IMG/VR virus record: IMGVR_UViG_3300045988_140174
Span: 98,574-162,573 of that record
DNA from: a virus
Strand: one strand, 5' to 3'
Length of the DNA stretch: 64,000 nt
The number at the start of each line of letters is the position of its first letter. Within the stretch, counting starts at the first letter, position 1. Positions 47,907 to 59,566 of this stretch are shown in pieces. The notes below the pieces were generated by a model. The model had not been told where the DNA came from. It searched no databases and saw nothing but the letters and a program-made list of their open reading frames with translations. The translations under genes and the position numbers were made by a program.

Positions 47907-49158
47907 ATAAAAACAAGACAATTCTATGATACCTGTAGCCTGCTTCTGAGAGCGGGGAATTTGTTTGATGAACCAGAAGATTTTATTATTTCTTCAATTA
48001 CATTACAAGAATTGGAAAATATAAAAACATCAACTAATAAAGATGATAATGTAAAATTTTCAGCTCGTCAACTTCTCCACGATTTAGATGAGCATTTTGG
48101 TCAATATTTAATTATTAATTACCAAAATACATATGCTCAAAATATAACACAAAGAGATTTTGAATTAACTAATGATACAAAAATTCTAAGTTGTTATTTG
48201 GAATGTGTGCGATTATTTCCAGAAGAAAAAATAGTATTTATTACTAATGACTTAGCCTTAAAAAGTATCGCACGAGTATTTACTTCTAATGTCCAATCAT
48301 TAGAAGAAGATAAACCCGATAACTATACTGGATATAAAGAAATTACCATGTCTGATGACTGTATGGGTGATTTTTATACAAATCCAAGTGAAAATGAATG
48401 GAATCTTCAAATTGGTGAATATATCCTTGTTAAAAACACAGAAGGAGAAATTGTTGACCGTTTATGTTGGAATGGCGAATATTATCGACATTTAGATTAT
48501 AAATCATTTAATTCACGATGGTTCGGCGAAGTCAAACCAATTAAAGGAGACGCTTATCAATAGCTCGCTTGTGATAGTTTAGTAAACAATAGAATTACTA
48601 TGTTAAAAGGTCCAGCAGGAACAGGTAAAACTTATCTTGCTCTTGGATTTTTACTTCATATGCTTGACCGTGGTCAAATTGATAAAGTTATTATTTTCTG
48701 TAATACTGTAGCAACTAAAAATTCTGCTAAATTAGGTTTTTATCCCGGTAGTCGAGATGAAAAACTTCTTGATTCTCAAATCGGCAATCTATTAATTAGT
48801 AAATTAGGAGATAGAATTGCTGTTGAAGAATTGATGAATCGTGAAAAATTAATTCTATTACCCATGTCAGATATTAGAGGTTATGATACTACTGGTATGA
48901 ATGCTGGCATTTATATTTCAGAAGCTCAAAATCTTGACATTACTCTAATGAAATTAGCTTTACAGCGTATTGGTGAAGACAGCATTTGTATCATTGATGG
49001 CGATGCTTAGACCTAGGTTGATGACGTGCATTTTGCTGGCGCAAATAATGGTATGCGTAGAGCATCTAAGATATTTAGAGGTAGCGATGTATATGGTGAA
49101 GTAGAATTAAAAACAATTCATCGTAGTAAAATTGCAGAAATTGCTCAAAAAATGTAAT
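47904..49158 (+). CDS. phoH: PIN-domain + PhoH-like ATPase (YlaK/PhoH2-like), 3 TAG codons
   Basis: ORFs 47904-48563 and 48600-49010 and the tail to TAA 49156 share frame 0. Walker A GPAGTGKT. C-terminal IIDGDA-TAG-T-TAG-VDD aligns to the PhoH GDxTQxDL motif, with the second TAG at the conserved Q. Confidence 0.75.
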
Positions 49159-49173
49159 AAGCCAATTTAGAGG

Positions 49174-49200
49174 CGCTCTTCGGAGCGTCTCTTTTTATAT
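49174..49200 (+). terminator. rho-independent terminator
   Basis: agaggcgctc-ttcg-gagcgtctct then ttttat. Confidence 0.7.
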
Positions 49201-49228
49201 ATAATTTTTTAAAGAGAGGAATGATTAA

Positions 49229-51067
49229 ATGACTGCTATTGAAAAAGCTTGGCGTGAATACGTCGTTTATTTAGCACAGTCATATATTGGATGCAAAGAA
49301 TCTGATGGTAGTCATAAAAAAATTGTAGATTTATACAATTCTCATAAACCATTAGCTCGTAGTTATACATTAAAATATACTGACTCTTGGTGTTCTGGAT
49401 TTGCGTCTGCTATAGCGATTAAAGCTGGATTAACAGATATTATTCCAACAGAAGTAGGATGCGAAAAACATGTTCAATTATTCAAAAATCATCCTATTAG
49501 TAAATGGGAAGAAGATGGAACTAAGGCTCCTGAACCTGGTGATTATATTTTTTATAATTGGGATAAGTCTAGTCAACCTAATGATGGTTCTGCCGACCAT
49601 GTTGGTATTGTAGAACGAGTAAATAATAATGTAATTACTACTATTGAAGGAAATTATAGTGATAGTGTTAAACGTAGAACTTTAATCGTTGGCGCTGGAA
49701 ACATTCGTGGTTATGGACGTCCAGCATATTGGACTTTAAAAACTATGCCACCATCATATGAACGTGATACTTCTGCAACTTCTACAACCGCTTTACTTAA
49801 ACGCGGAGATAGAAATGACGCTGTGCGTGCTTTACAAAATAATTTAATTTCTCTGGGTTATTCTTGCGGTTCTGCGGGAGCTGATGGAGATTTTGGTTCT
49901 GGGACTGAAGCAGCAGTTCGCTCTTTTTAGTCTAAAAATGGCTTAACTGTTGATGGAATCGCTGGACCAGCCACTCTAACAGCAATTCGAACCGCATTGA
50001 AAAAAGCTTCACAACCTACAATGACAAGTAAATTAAAATATACAGATAGCAACTCTCCATTTGTTTGTATGTAGAAAAATAGCACTTGTTATAAAGGCAC
50101 AAGTAAAATGCAGATTAAAGGAGTTTTATGGCATAGCACCGGTGCTAATAACACTTGGTTAAAACGTTATGTTTAGCCTTATGAAGGCGATTCTGGTTAT
50201 AATGAAGCAATAGCAAAATTAGGTAAAAATGTAAATAAAAATGACTGGAATCATATTACCCGTCAAGCTGGATTAAATGCTTGGGTAGGTAGAATGAGTG
50301 ATGGTATTGTTGGATGTGTTCAAACAATGCCTTGGGATTATCGTCCTTGGGGCTGTGGTAGTGGACCAAAAGGCTCTTGTAATGATGGCTGGATTCAATT
50401 CGAAATTTGTGAAGATGGTCTAGCTAATGAAACTTATTTAAAGCAAGTGTATGAGGAAGCTTGCCAATTAACAGCCTACTTGTGTAAAAAATATAATATT
50501 GACCCAAATGGCACAGTTAATTTTAGAGGTATAAATGTTCCTACAATTCTTTGCCATGCTGATAGTAATGCTTTAGGCTTAGGTTCAAATCATGGCGATA
50601 TTAACCATTGGCTCCCCAAATTTGGTAAATCAATGGCAACAGTTCGTGCTGATGTGGCTAAATTAATGAATACTACTTCTTCATCTACTCCATCAAATAC
50701 TCCTAATTCATCTACCACTAAAGTTCAATTATATCGTATCCGTAAAACTTGGGCTGATAGTAAAACTCAAATGGGAGCATATAGTTCATTAGAAAATGCT
50801 AAAAATGCTTGCGATAAATTAGGGGGAGATTATAAAGTATTTGATGCTGAAGGTAAAATAGTTTATACTCCAGCCAAACCATTTACCCCATATATAGTTC
50901 GTGTTAATGTTGAAAAATTAAATGTCCGCGCTCAACCAAATAATACTAGTAAAGTAGTAATGGTTTTAAATAAGGGTGCTTATACTATAGTTGAAGAGAA
51001 AAATGGATTCGGTAAGCTAAAAAGTGGCGCCGGATGGATTAATCTTGCCTATACAACTAAGAAATAA
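49229..51067 (+). CDS. multidomain endolysin: CHAP peptidase + PG_binding_1 + amidase-like + C-terminal binding domain (3 TAG codons)
   Basis: ORFs 49229-49930 and 50294-51067 share frame 2; the intervening stretch is open except for TAGs. CHAP Cys/His (GCKESDGSH..SWCSGF..DHVGIV); PG-binding repeat LGYSCGSAGADGDFGSGTEAAVRSF. Confidence 0.7.
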
Positions 51068-51069
51068 TT

Positions 51070-51441
51070 ATGATTAAAAAAGATATGCGTTAGAAGAAAA
51101 AAGAATTTTCAAAATCCTTATTAATACAAGAATCTATATTAATATGGATAACTACTATATGTTTTATTGTATTGGCGTTTTATTGTGTAATAAAATAGTA
51201 TTTTGGAGAATTACCTTGGCTTACTGCTATGGCAGCGTTCCCTTGGAGCGCATATGGTGTAAGTCAAGTATTTTATTATAAAAAAGCCGCATTAGAAAAT
51301 ACAAAGGATGGTGTTAAATTTGAAAGTATTATACGAAGTATCGATAATGCTTATGCTAATACAACCTATCCTCACCAAGATGTTTCAACCGATGATATAA
51401 TTAATGAGTTTTCTGGAAACTCACAAGATCCAGTTGGATAA
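51070..51441 (+). CDS. small membrane protein downstream of the endolysin (holin/spanin candidate), 2 TAG
   Basis: ATG 51070; one TM helix (ILIWITTICFIVLAFYCVI); frame continues into ORF 51229-51441. Confidence 0.4.
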
Positions 51442-51449
51442 TCTGTTTA

Positions 51450-51490
51450 TAGGGTTAGCGAATTAATTCGCTAACCCTTATTTTTTTTTA
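51450..51490 (+). terminator. rho-independent terminator
   Basis: gggttagcgaattaattcgctaaccc then ttattttttttt. Confidence 0.75.
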
Positions 51491-51491
51491 T

Positions 51492-51520
51492 TTGCTATTT
51501 TTTAATTTATTTGTTATAAT
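51492..51520 (+). promoter_or_regulatory. sigma70-type promoter, class B (extended -10)
   Basis: TTGCTA - 17 - TGtTATAAT. Confidence 0.5.
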
Positions 51521-51551
51521 ATAATTAAATTAATAAAGGAGTATGATTTTT

Positions 51552-52601
51552 ATGAGTTATACAGCTTCTGAGATTGATTTTATTATTAAAAATAAAATAG
51601 AACATGGTGAAACTGTTTATAATTTAGCTACTGGAGACCCTAATTACCCAGTTCCTCCTCGAATTATAGGTGGACTATCATATGCTATGAATAAGGGTAT
51701 TCATAATTATAGTCCAGTAGCAGGATATCAAAGTCTACGTCAAAAAATTTATCCAAGCTATCCAACTCGTGTTATTATTGGGAATGGTGCTAAAGAACTT
51801 ATCAATCTTGCTATTCAAGCAACTAAAAAAGATACTGAAAAAAATGAATATATTGTATGTGGCCCCACTTGGTCATGTTATACAGATATGATTCGTAATT
51901 CTGGTAGTATGGTTAGATATATTGATTTATCTGACTTCACTAAAATTTTACAAAAAATTTCTAATTTTGTCAATCCGAATACGCGAGCGATTGTGCTAAA
52001 TAATCCGAATAATCCAACAGGAAAAATTTATGGCCCGTCTATCATTCGACGTCTTGCAGATATGGCTGAAGAAAATAATTTTTATCTTATTGTAGATGAA
52101 GTTTATGAAGATTTTATTTATGATAAAGAAAAAACTAGTTATATGTCAGCCCAAATGTGGCCTAACACTATTGTAATTAAAAGTTTTTCTAAAAAGTATT
52201 CTCTAACCGGTTGGCGTTTTGGATACGCAATTTGTGGTAATAGTATGATTGCATCTAAAATGATTTATATTAAATCTAATATTATTGGGCCTCCTAATTC
52301 TCTTATCCAAAAGGCAGTTGAATATAATTGGGATAATATTATTGATAATAGAATTGTTGATTATAAAGCGCGCAGAGATTATTTGGCGGAATCATGCGGT
52401 TGGAAAGCTCCTGATGCGGGGCTGTATTTTTGTGTCCCTGTAAAGGATTTTGATAAAACATTTAAAGAATTGGCAAAACAAGATATTTATATTCTCTCTG
52501 GAGAGAATTATAATATGCCTGGTTATGCGCGGATTTCATTCGCGAATACCTCGCTCGATGACTTAAAGAAAATTCAACCAATTTTAGCCACGATTTCTTG
52601 A
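51552..52601 (+). CDS. class I/II PLP-dependent aminotransferase
   Basis: NNPNNPTG, SFSKKYSLTGWRFGY (PLP-Lys motif), GLYFCVP. ATG 51552 preferred over 51543 on RBS spacing. Confidence 0.65.
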   Translation: MSYTASEIDFIIKNKIEHGETVYNLATGDPNYPVPPRIIGGLSYAMNKGIHNYSPVAGYQSLRQKIYPSYPTRVIIGNGAKELINLAIQATKKDTEKNEYIVCGPTWSCYTDMIRNSGSMVRYIDLSDFTKILQKISNFVNPNTRAIVLNNPNNPTGKIYGPSIIRRLADMAEENNFYLIVDEVYEDFIYDKEKTSYMSAQMWPNTIVIKSFSKKYSLTGWRFGYAICGNSMIASKMIYIKSNIIGPPNSLIQKAVEYNWDNIIDNRIVDYKARRDYLAESCGWKAPDAGLYFCVPVKDFDKTFKELAKQDIYILSGENYNMPGYARISFANTSLDDLKKIQPILATIS

Positions 52602-52626
52602 CAATTCTAAAAATTTTTGATATAAT
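52598..52626 (+). promoter_or_regulatory. sigma70-type promoter, class B (extended -10)
   Basis: TTGACA - 17 - TGaTATAAT. Confidence 0.55.
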
Positions 52627-52681
52627 ATAAATATATAAAGAAAAAGTATAAAAAAGAAATAATTGGAAGGAGATTTAATAA

Positions 52682-54577
52682 ATGTCTGATTATGGCGTAA
52701 AAGACATAAAAACGCTTGAAGGTATTGAAGCTATCCGACTTAGACCAGGTATGTATATTGGTTCAGTCGGGCCTGATGGTGTAAGACATATTACCCTTGA
52801 AATTATTTCCAATGCTGTCGATGAATACTTAAATGGTCATTGTACTGAATGTAATATTACTGTTAATAAAGATGGTGATATTGAAGTTAAAGATAATGGT
52901 CGTGGTGTTCCATTCGGTAAAGCAAAAGATGGTAGTGAAACATTAGTAAATGTTTATACGAAACTACACACTGGTGCTAAATTCGATAGTAATGGAAAAA
53001 CTGGATATAATACATCTGGTGGTATGAATGGCGTCGGTGCAAAGGCAACTAACGCATTATCTGAACAATTTCAAGTTGTTTCATTTAGAGATGAAAAAAA
53101 GGCTACTGCTTCATTTAAATGCGGTAAATTAATTAACTATAAAGAAGAAAAATATAATGATAAAAATACAGGAACTTGGGTAAAATTCCGTCCAGATGCA
53201 ACCATCTTCAAGGAAGGTATTAAGCTTGATTATGATGCTTTGAAAAAGCAAATTCAAGAATTAGCCTATTTGTCTCCTGGGATGCTCTTCACATTAAAAT
53301 TTGAAGATAAGCCAGAAGAAATTATTAGTTCCAAGAATGGTATTTTAGATTATATTAAAGATTTAAATAATAAAAAAACTACTCTTACTTCTGTATTTTA
53401 TACTGAGAATACAGAAAATAGAATTGGTGTAAAAATCGCACTTCAATATAATGATACTTATAGCGATACTTATAAACTCTATACCAATTCTATTCCTAAT
53501 AGTGGCGGAACTCATTTGACTGGGTTTAGAACAGCATTAACAACATCAATCAATGATTATGCCCGTGAAAAAGGGCTCTTAAAAGATAAAGATGCTAATA
53601 TTACTGGCGAAGAATTGAAAGAGGGATTAACTTTAGTTCTCTCATTCATTATGCCAGACCCAGTATTTTCAGGCCAGACTAAAGATGTTCTATCAAGTAG
53701 CGAAGCACGCACAATGGTTCAACGTCTTGTTTCTAAAGATTTAAAAGTTTGGCTAATGTCAAATGAAAAAGATGCTAAAGCTATTGTTGATAAAGCACTA
53801 TTGGCACGAGCCGCGAGAGAAAAAGCAAAGAAAGCTAAAGAGACAGTCCGTAAAGCTGACACAAAAAAGCGTGCTATGCTTCCTGGTATCCTAAGTGATG
53901 CCAATAGTAAAGATAGAAAAAATTGTGAAGTGTTTATCGTTGAGGGTAAATCTGCTGAAGGACCAGCAAAAAATGCTCGAAATCGTAATACACAGGCGGT
54001 TTTACCCCTAAAAGGTAAGATTATTAACACCTTAAAAGCGGATTTACATAAAGCATTAAGTAATAATGAAATCAGTGCTATGATTGATGCATTTGGATTG
54101 GAAGTTCAAAATGGCAAAGTTATTGTCGATGAATCTAAATTGCGTTATGGCAAAATTATTATTACCGCAGATGCTGATGTTGATGGTAGCCATATTCGTG
54201 TCTTATTTTTGACATTTATTTGGAAATTTGCACCTGAGCTTCTGGAAAAAGGTTATATTTATACTGCCGTGCCTCCATTGTTTAAAGCTACTTGGGGCAC
54301 TAATATTAAGTATTTAAAAGATGAACGAGCATTAACAGAATTTCGCAGTTCAATGAATCGTCAATTTGAGTTAGGACGAATGAAAGGTCTTGGTGAAATG
54401 GACGTTCATGAGATGGAAGAAACTGTTATGAATCCAGAAACTCGCACTTTAAAACAAATTACTATGGAAGATGCAGAACAAGTAGCAACTACATTTATTA
54501 GTTTAATGGGTGAAGCAGTCGGTCCTCGTAAGGCATTTATTGAGAAATATGCAGAAAGGGCTAATGTCGATGTGTGA
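52682..54577 (+). CDS. type II DNA topoisomerase ATPase subunit (GyrB/ParE; T4 gp39-like)
   Basis: LEGIEAIRLRPGMYIGS, GHKL ATPase motifs, TOPRIM EGKSA...DADVDG. TGA stop; no TAG. Confidence 0.8.
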   Translation: MSDYGVKDIKTLEGIEAIRLRPGMYIGSVGPDGVRHITLEIISNAVDEYLNGHCTECNITVNKDGDIEVKDNGRGVPFGKAKDGSETLVNVYTKLHTGAKFDSNGKTGYNTSGGMNGVGAKATNALSEQFQVVSFRDEKKATASFKCGKLINYKEEKYNDKNTGTWVKFRPDATIFKEGIKLDYDALKKQIQELAYLSPGMLFTLKFEDKPEEIISSKNGILDYIKDLNNKKTTLTSVFYTENTENRIGVKIALQYNDTYSDTYKLYTNSIPNSGGTHLTGFRTALTTSINDYAREKGLLKDKDANITGEELKEGLTLVLSFIMPDPVFSGQTKDVLSSSEARTMVQRLVSKDLKVWLMSNEKDAKAIVDKALLARAAREKAKKAKETVRKADTKKRAMLPGILSDANSKDRKNCEVFIVEGKSAEGPAKNARNRNTQAVLPLKGKIINTLKADLHKALSNNEISAMIDAFGLEVQNGKVIVDESKLRYGKIIITADADVDGSHIRVLFLTFIWKFAPELLEKGYIYTAVPPLFKATWGTNIKYLKDERALTEFRSSMNRQFELGRMKGLGEMDVHEMEETVMNPETRTLKQITMEDAEQVATTFISLMGEAVGPRKAFIEKYAERANVDV

Positions 54578-54794
54578 GAATATTAAAGTTAATGTAGTTA
54601 ATTTATATCCTGGTGATATTATTGTTGTTCATTTAGGTGAAGATGTTAGTGTAGATGAAGCACGTGAAATTCATTAGGCGTTAAATAAACTATTCCCAAA
54701 TAATACAGTAAATGTAATTAATAATTATTTTGTTAAAGAGTTCACAATATTCTCTGATCACGACCAAAATCCATTTTTAAGAGGTGTTCTATGA
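54570..54794 (+). CDS. small protein between topoisomerase subunits (gp60-like position), 1 TAG
   Basis: ATG overlaps the gyrB-like 3' end; 74 codons to a TGA that overlaps the RNase H ATG. Confidence 0.3.
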
Positions 54795-55246
54795 GTTATA
54801 TTATTTATACTGATGGTTCTTGTCGAGGGAATGGTACAAAAAATAGCTCAGGAGGATTTGGCGTTGTAATTACTAAAGATAATGAATTGATAGCCACATA
54901 TCGTAAAGATTGTGAAACTACTACAACAAATAATCGTGAAGAGTTAAAAGCAATTTTATATGCATTTTCTGAATATGGTAAATATAATCCAATTGTATAT
55001 AGTGATTCTGCTTATTGTGTTAATGCGATTAATACTTGGATGTGGAATTGGAAAACATTTAATTGGATAAAGAAAACAGATAACAAAGCTCCAGAAAATG
55101 TTGATTTATTTAAAGCATTTGACAGTTTATATAATATTGGATTAAAAATGGATTTAAGAAAAATTTCAGGACATTCAGGACATAAGTGGAATGAATTAGC
55201 TGATAGATTGGCTACTGGAGAGGAGGAAACTACAATTGGAAAATAA
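54791..55246 (+). CDS. rnhA: ribonuclease H (RNase HI)
   Basis: YTDGSCRGNG...GGFGVV...NNREELKA...D motifs of RNase H1. Confidence 0.8.
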   Translation: MSYIIYTDGSCRGNGTKNSSGGFGVVITKDNELIATYRKDCETTTTNNREELKAILYAFSEYGKYNPIVYSDSAYCVNAINTWMWNWKTFNWIKKTDNKAPENVDLFKAFDSLYNIGLKMDLRKISGHSGHKWNELADRLATGEEETTIGK

Positions 55247-57617
55247 TATTATTCAAACACCGATTATCCATGAAGTTGAACAATCATTTTTAGATTATAG
55301 TGTTAGTGTAATTACAGACCGTGCAATTCCTTCTGCTGAGGATGGATTAAAACCAGTAGCAAGACGAATTTTATATGATATGTTCGATAAAGGATACGCA
55401 TATAATAAAAAATTCGTTAAGTGCGCGCAACCAGTAGGTGATACGATGGGTCGTTTTCATCCTCATGGTGATAGTTCTATTTATGGAGCATTGTGTATTT
55501 TAAGCCAACCTTGGACAATGCGCTATCCTCCTATTGCATTTCATGGAAATAATGGTTCTCGTGATGGCGCACAAGAAGCAGCTTATCGTTATACAGAATG
55601 TAAACTATCTCCTATTGGGGAGGAAATGCTAGCAGATATTAAAAAAAATACAGTTGATTGGCAACTTGCTTATACCGATGTAGAAGACGAACCAGTATAT
55701 TTACCTGGCCGCATCCCTCATTTGATGGTAAATGGCACTACTGGTATTGCAGTTGCTATGGCTTGTTCATTTGCTCCTCATAATTTAACTGAAATTATGG
55801 ATGCTATTATTTGCGACTTAGATAAGCCTGATTGTTCTATTGATGATTTGCTCCAATACGTTAAAGGGCCAGATTTCCCTACTGGAGCAACGTTAATTAA
55901 TAAAGACGAATTACGTAGTGCCTATATGACCGGTAAAGGTCGTGCTCGCGTAAGAGCTGATTATACTATTGAAAGTAAAAATGGTTATGATACTATTGTA
56001 TTTACTTCAATGCCATATAAAGTATCAAAAGATGATTTAATTATTGAAGTTGATAAATTATGTGAAGCAGGTAAACTTGATGGTATTGTAGCAGTTCGAG
56101 ATGAAAGTAATAAGGATGGCGTCCGTTTTGTTATTGAATTATCGAAAGGGATTGCAATCAATCCTATTATTAATAAATTATATAAATTAACTCGACTTGA
56201 AGATACATATAGTTTTAATCAAGTGGCTCTGGTTAATAAAAAACCTAAATTATTAAATCTTAAAGAATTAATTGAGATTTATATTGACCATCAAAAAGAT
56301 GTTTTACTTCGTAAAACCAAATATGATTCTGATAAAATTGCTTCTAAAATTCATATTTTAGAAGGATTGTTAATCGCATTAGAAGATATTGATAATGTAA
56401 TTAAATTAATTAAACAATCTGAATCTTCTGCGGCAGCTAAAACTTCATTAATGGAAAAGTATAATCTCTCTGACGCCCAAGCTAAAGCTATTCTTGATAT
56501 GAAGTTAGCGCGTTTGGCAAAATTAGAGAAAGTACAAATTAATACCGATAAAGAAGAATTAGTAGCAGAATTTAATAGATTAGCGTTAATTCTCAAAGAC
56601 CCAACAGATGAATTGAGAAAAATTTTCACAGAAATTAAAAATAAATATGGTGATGAGCGCAGAACTGTTATTACTCAGATTGAAGCAACTCCAAAAGAAG
56701 AAGAAGAAATCGCGGAAGTCGAACCTGAAAAGTGCGTTGTAGTAATGACAGAAGGTGGAACTATTAAGCGCATTCCTACTACATCATTCCGCACTCAAAA
56801 GAAAAATGGTAAAGGTGTAAAATCACAAGATGATATTACTTCTTGTGTATTGCGAACCAATACTATTGACTCTCTTATGATTTTTTCTAATAAAGGTTTA
56901 ATGTACCGTCTATTGGTTAATGACATTCCAGTAGGAACAAATACATCACAGGGTCTGTCAATTCGCGCATTGGTGAACATGATGCCTAATGAAGAGCCTG
57001 CTACAATGTATTCAATCTATAGGGATACTGATGCCAAATTTGTATTATTTGTAAGTAAAAACGGTCTAGTTAAGAAGACTCCTTTGGAAGAATATGTAAA
57101 AACTAAAAAGAAAACTGGTATTGCCGCTGTTTCAATTAAAGAGGGAGATAAACTCGCTTTAGTTTCTCTGATTAAAGATGAAGAGCTTCTATTAATTACT
57201 AAAAAGGGTAATGTTATTAGATTTAATTCTAGTGAAATTGGGCCTACTTCTCGTGCGTCTTACGGCGTAAAAGGTATTGGTCTCAATGAAGGCGATGAAA
57301 TTGTTAGTGCATTGCCGATTCGTCATAACACGGATACTCTAGCCATTTTCACCGAAAGTGGTAGCGGTAAAAAAGTTAGTTTGACTGAATTTCCCGCCCA
57401 AAAACGTGCTGGTAAGGGTATTGCAGGGTATAAGGCTAGCAATATAAGTGGTGATATTGTTGGAGCAACATTAGTTGCTGATGAAGATAATGTATTGATT
57501 GTTGGAGATAAATCAACAATTTGTGTATCTGCAAAGGATATTCCTCTACAAAGTCGTTTATCTGTTGGTAATCAATTAATTCGTAATAGTCGCATTAAAT
57601 CAATCACTAAAGTATAA
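55236..57617 (+). CDS. type II DNA topoisomerase DNA-cleavage subunit (GyrA/ParC; T4 gp52-like)
   Basis: VARRILYDM, HPHGD, active-site AAYRYTE, C-terminal beta-pinwheel repeats. TAA stop; no TAG. Confidence 0.8.
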   Translation: MENNIIQTPIIHEVEQSFLDYSVSVITDRAIPSAEDGLKPVARRILYDMFDKGYAYNKKFVKCAQPVGDTMGRFHPHGDSSIYGALCILSQPWTMRYPPIAFHGNNGSRDGAQEAAYRYTECKLSPIGEEMLADIKKNTVDWQLAYTDVEDEPVYLPGRIPHLMVNGTTGIAVAMACSFAPHNLTEIMDAIICDLDKPDCSIDDLLQYVKGPDFPTGATLINKDELRSAYMTGKGRARVRADYTIESKNGYDTIVFTSMPYKVSKDDLIIEVDKLCEAGKLDGIVAVRDESNKDGVRFVIELSKGIAINPIINKLYKLTRLEDTYSFNQVALVNKKPKLLNLKELIEIYIDHQKDVLLRKTKYDSDKIASKIHILEGLLIALEDIDNVIKLIKQSESSAAAKTSLMEKYNLSDAQAKAILDMKLARLAKLEKVQINTDKEELVAEFNRLALILKDPTDELRKIFTEIKNKYGDERRTVITQIEATPKEEEEIAEVEPEKCVVVMTEGGTIKRIPTTSFRTQKKNGKGVKSQDDITSCVLRTNTIDSLMIFSNKGLMYRLLVNDIPVGTNTSQGLSIRALVNMMPNEEPATMYSIYRDTDAKFVLFVSKNGLVKKTPLEEYVKTKKKTGIAAVSIKEGDKLALVSLIKDEELLLITKKGNVIRFNSSEIGPTSRASYGVKGIGLNEGDEIVSALPIRHNTDTLAIFTESGSGKKVSLTEFPAQKRAGKGIAGYKASNISGDIVGATLVADEDNVLIVGDKSTICVSAKDIPLQSRLSVGNQLIRNSRIKSITKV

Positions 57618-57621
57618 TTAA

Positions 57622-57656
57622 GTTGAGGAGTTTAGGCTCCTCAACTTGTTTTTTTA
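57622..57656 (+). terminator. rho-independent terminator
   Basis: agttgaggag-tttagg-ctcctcaact then tgttttttt. Confidence 0.75.
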
Positions 57657-57674
57657 GAAAAAAAATTATATAAT
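57646..57674 (+). promoter_or_regulatory. sigma70-type promoter (weak -35)
   Basis: TATAAT at 57669-74 with a cttgtt -35-like hexamer. Confidence 0.35.
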
Positions 57675-57704
57675 ATGTATATAAGATAAAAGAAGGAGAA
57701 AATA

Positions 57705-58916
57705 ATGAGTTTTTCACAAGAATTAATTGATAAATTTGCTCCTGAAGCGCAATGTATTCAGGCGATGAAAATCTGGAAACTTCCAGACGGGAAAGAAAAT
57801 ATGTTCCCGCAAGTTTGTAATAGTGGCAATTATTTTGCAGAATTAAAGAAAGATGGTTATTGGTATCAATTTGAAAAAACTGAACATCATAGCTATTTAT
57901 TTAGTCGTAATGTAAGTGCAAATACTGGTATTCTAACTGAAAAACTTGATAATGTTCCTCATATTGCAGTAGCATTAGATTGTCTTCCTTCTGGAACTAT
58001 CTTAATCGGAGAAATCTATTATCCAGGTAAAACGTCTAAAGATGTGACTAAAATTATGGGATGTTTAGCTCCTGAAGCGATTACACGTCAGCAGTCGTCC
58101 GGTCTAATTCATTATTATCTCCATGATGTAATTAGATATAATGGAGTCGATTTACAAGACAAGGGTGCTTGGACACGCTATCAGGTTCTTAAAGCAATCT
58201 GGGATAAATTTAATTTATCTCAATACCATTTTTTAGAATTGGCTGAAGCACAAACTTCCAATATCCAAGAATTTACAGCCTCCGCATTGGATAAAGGTGA
58301 AGAAGGGGTCGTTCTTAAGAAGAAAGACGCTGTTTATGTGCCAGATAAACGTCCGGCTTGGTCTTCAGTTAAAATTAAAAAAATGGATTTTATTGATTGC
58401 ATTTGTATTGGGTTTGAGGATGCAACTAAATATTATGACGGCAAAGAAATCCAGAGTTGGCAATATTGGGAAGTAAAAGAACCAAGTTTTTATGATTGTT
58501 TCGAAGAAGACCATTGTTTTGCTGGCTGGGTTAATCCTCAATTATTAAATGGTAATTATTATTATAAATACACTCAAAATCGTAGTAATGCAAATTAGGG
58601 ACTTCAACTAATAGATGATAATGAGAGATATTATATGCCAGTTACCAAACCCTATTTTTATGGATGGAAGACATCTATGCGACTTGGAGCCTTGGATAAT
58701 GAGGGTAAAATTGTAGAAATTGGAACGGTATCATCTGGATTAACTGATGATTTAAAGGCTGATTTCGCAAAAAATCCTGATAAGTATCTCAATCGTGTTG
58801 TTTCAATTCAATGTATGGAAAAAAATAATATTGACCATACATTACGACATGGGTTCTTTAAATGTTTCAGGGATGATAAAAATTTTGAAGACTGCCTAAT
58901 AGATACTATATTTTGA
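57705..58916 (+). CDS. ATP-dependent DNA ligase (1 TAG)
   Basis: ORFs 57705-58598 and 58635-58916 share frame 0 across TAG 58596. Motif I AELKKDGYWYQ (KxDG), EGVVLKKKDAVY, and an OB domain in the second piece. Confidence 0.75.
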
Positions 58917-58941
58917 CTTTCCGAAAAAAATTGTATATAAT
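58914..58941 (+). promoter_or_regulatory. sigma70-type promoter, class B-like
   Basis: TTGACT - 16 - TATAAT with an upstream TG. Confidence 0.45.
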
Positions 58942-58974
58942 ATGATTGTAAAAATTAAGGATGAAAATTTTTAA

Positions 58975-59169
58975 ATGAAGCGTAAAGAACTAAAAAATCT
59001 CGCAAAAAAAATTGCTCAAGCGGAGCATATTGTTTAGACAAGTGATAATCAAGATGAAATCCAACGGGCTCAAATGGAAATTATGACTCTATCGAGCCAT
59101 GTTGATAGTCTTGATAATATTACAATCATCGACGAGATGGTTCAGGAACTTCTTGCGACGTATTCTTGA
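58975..59169 (+). CDS. small hypothetical protein (1 TAG)
   Basis: ATG 58975; 64 codons to TGA. Confidence 0.35.
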
Positions 59170-59194
59170 CAAAGAAAAAATTTTTTGATATAAT
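59165..59194 (+). promoter_or_regulatory. sigma70-type promoter, class B (extended -10)
   Basis: TTGACA - 18 - TGaTATAAT. Confidence 0.5.
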
Positions 59195-59247
59195 ATTTAC
59201 ACAAACTAAAAAAAATAATTATTTAATTTTAAGGAGAATTTATTATT

Positions 59248-59517
59248 ATGGCTATGAAAGAGAATTCTAAGAAGGTTCTAAATTATTTAAAGGAGATCAA
59301 TGGTCAGAACGTGACTGCTGCTGATGTGGCTGACGCTCTGGGTTTTGAGAAGCGTTCTGTTGATGGTATTTTCACTTCCGCTATTCAGCGCAAGGGTTTG
59401 GGTATCCGTACTCCCGCTGAGATTGAGTTGGAGGATGGTACTCATAAGCAGGTTAAGTTCCTGTCTCTAACTCCTGCTGGCATGAGCTTCGACCCCGATG
59501 CTCCTGACGCTGAGTAA
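59248..59517 (+). CDS. small highly expressed protein (GC-rich codon usage)
   Basis: RBS aaggagaatt. 89 aa with optimal-codon bias like the MVP/TROVE genes. A strong terminator follows. Confidence 0.55.
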   Translation: MAMKENSKKVLNYLKEINGQNVTAADVADALGFEKRSVDGIFTSAIQRKGLGIRTPAEIELEDGTHKQVKFLSLTPAGMSFDPDAPDAE

Positions 59518-59530
59518 TTAATAATATAAA

Positions 59531-59565
59531 ATAAGGGGTAGATTTTTCTACCCCTTTTAATTTTA
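59531..59565 (+). terminator. rho-independent terminator
   Basis: aaggggtagatttttctacccctt then ttaatttt. Confidence 0.7.
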
Positions 59566-59566
59566 T

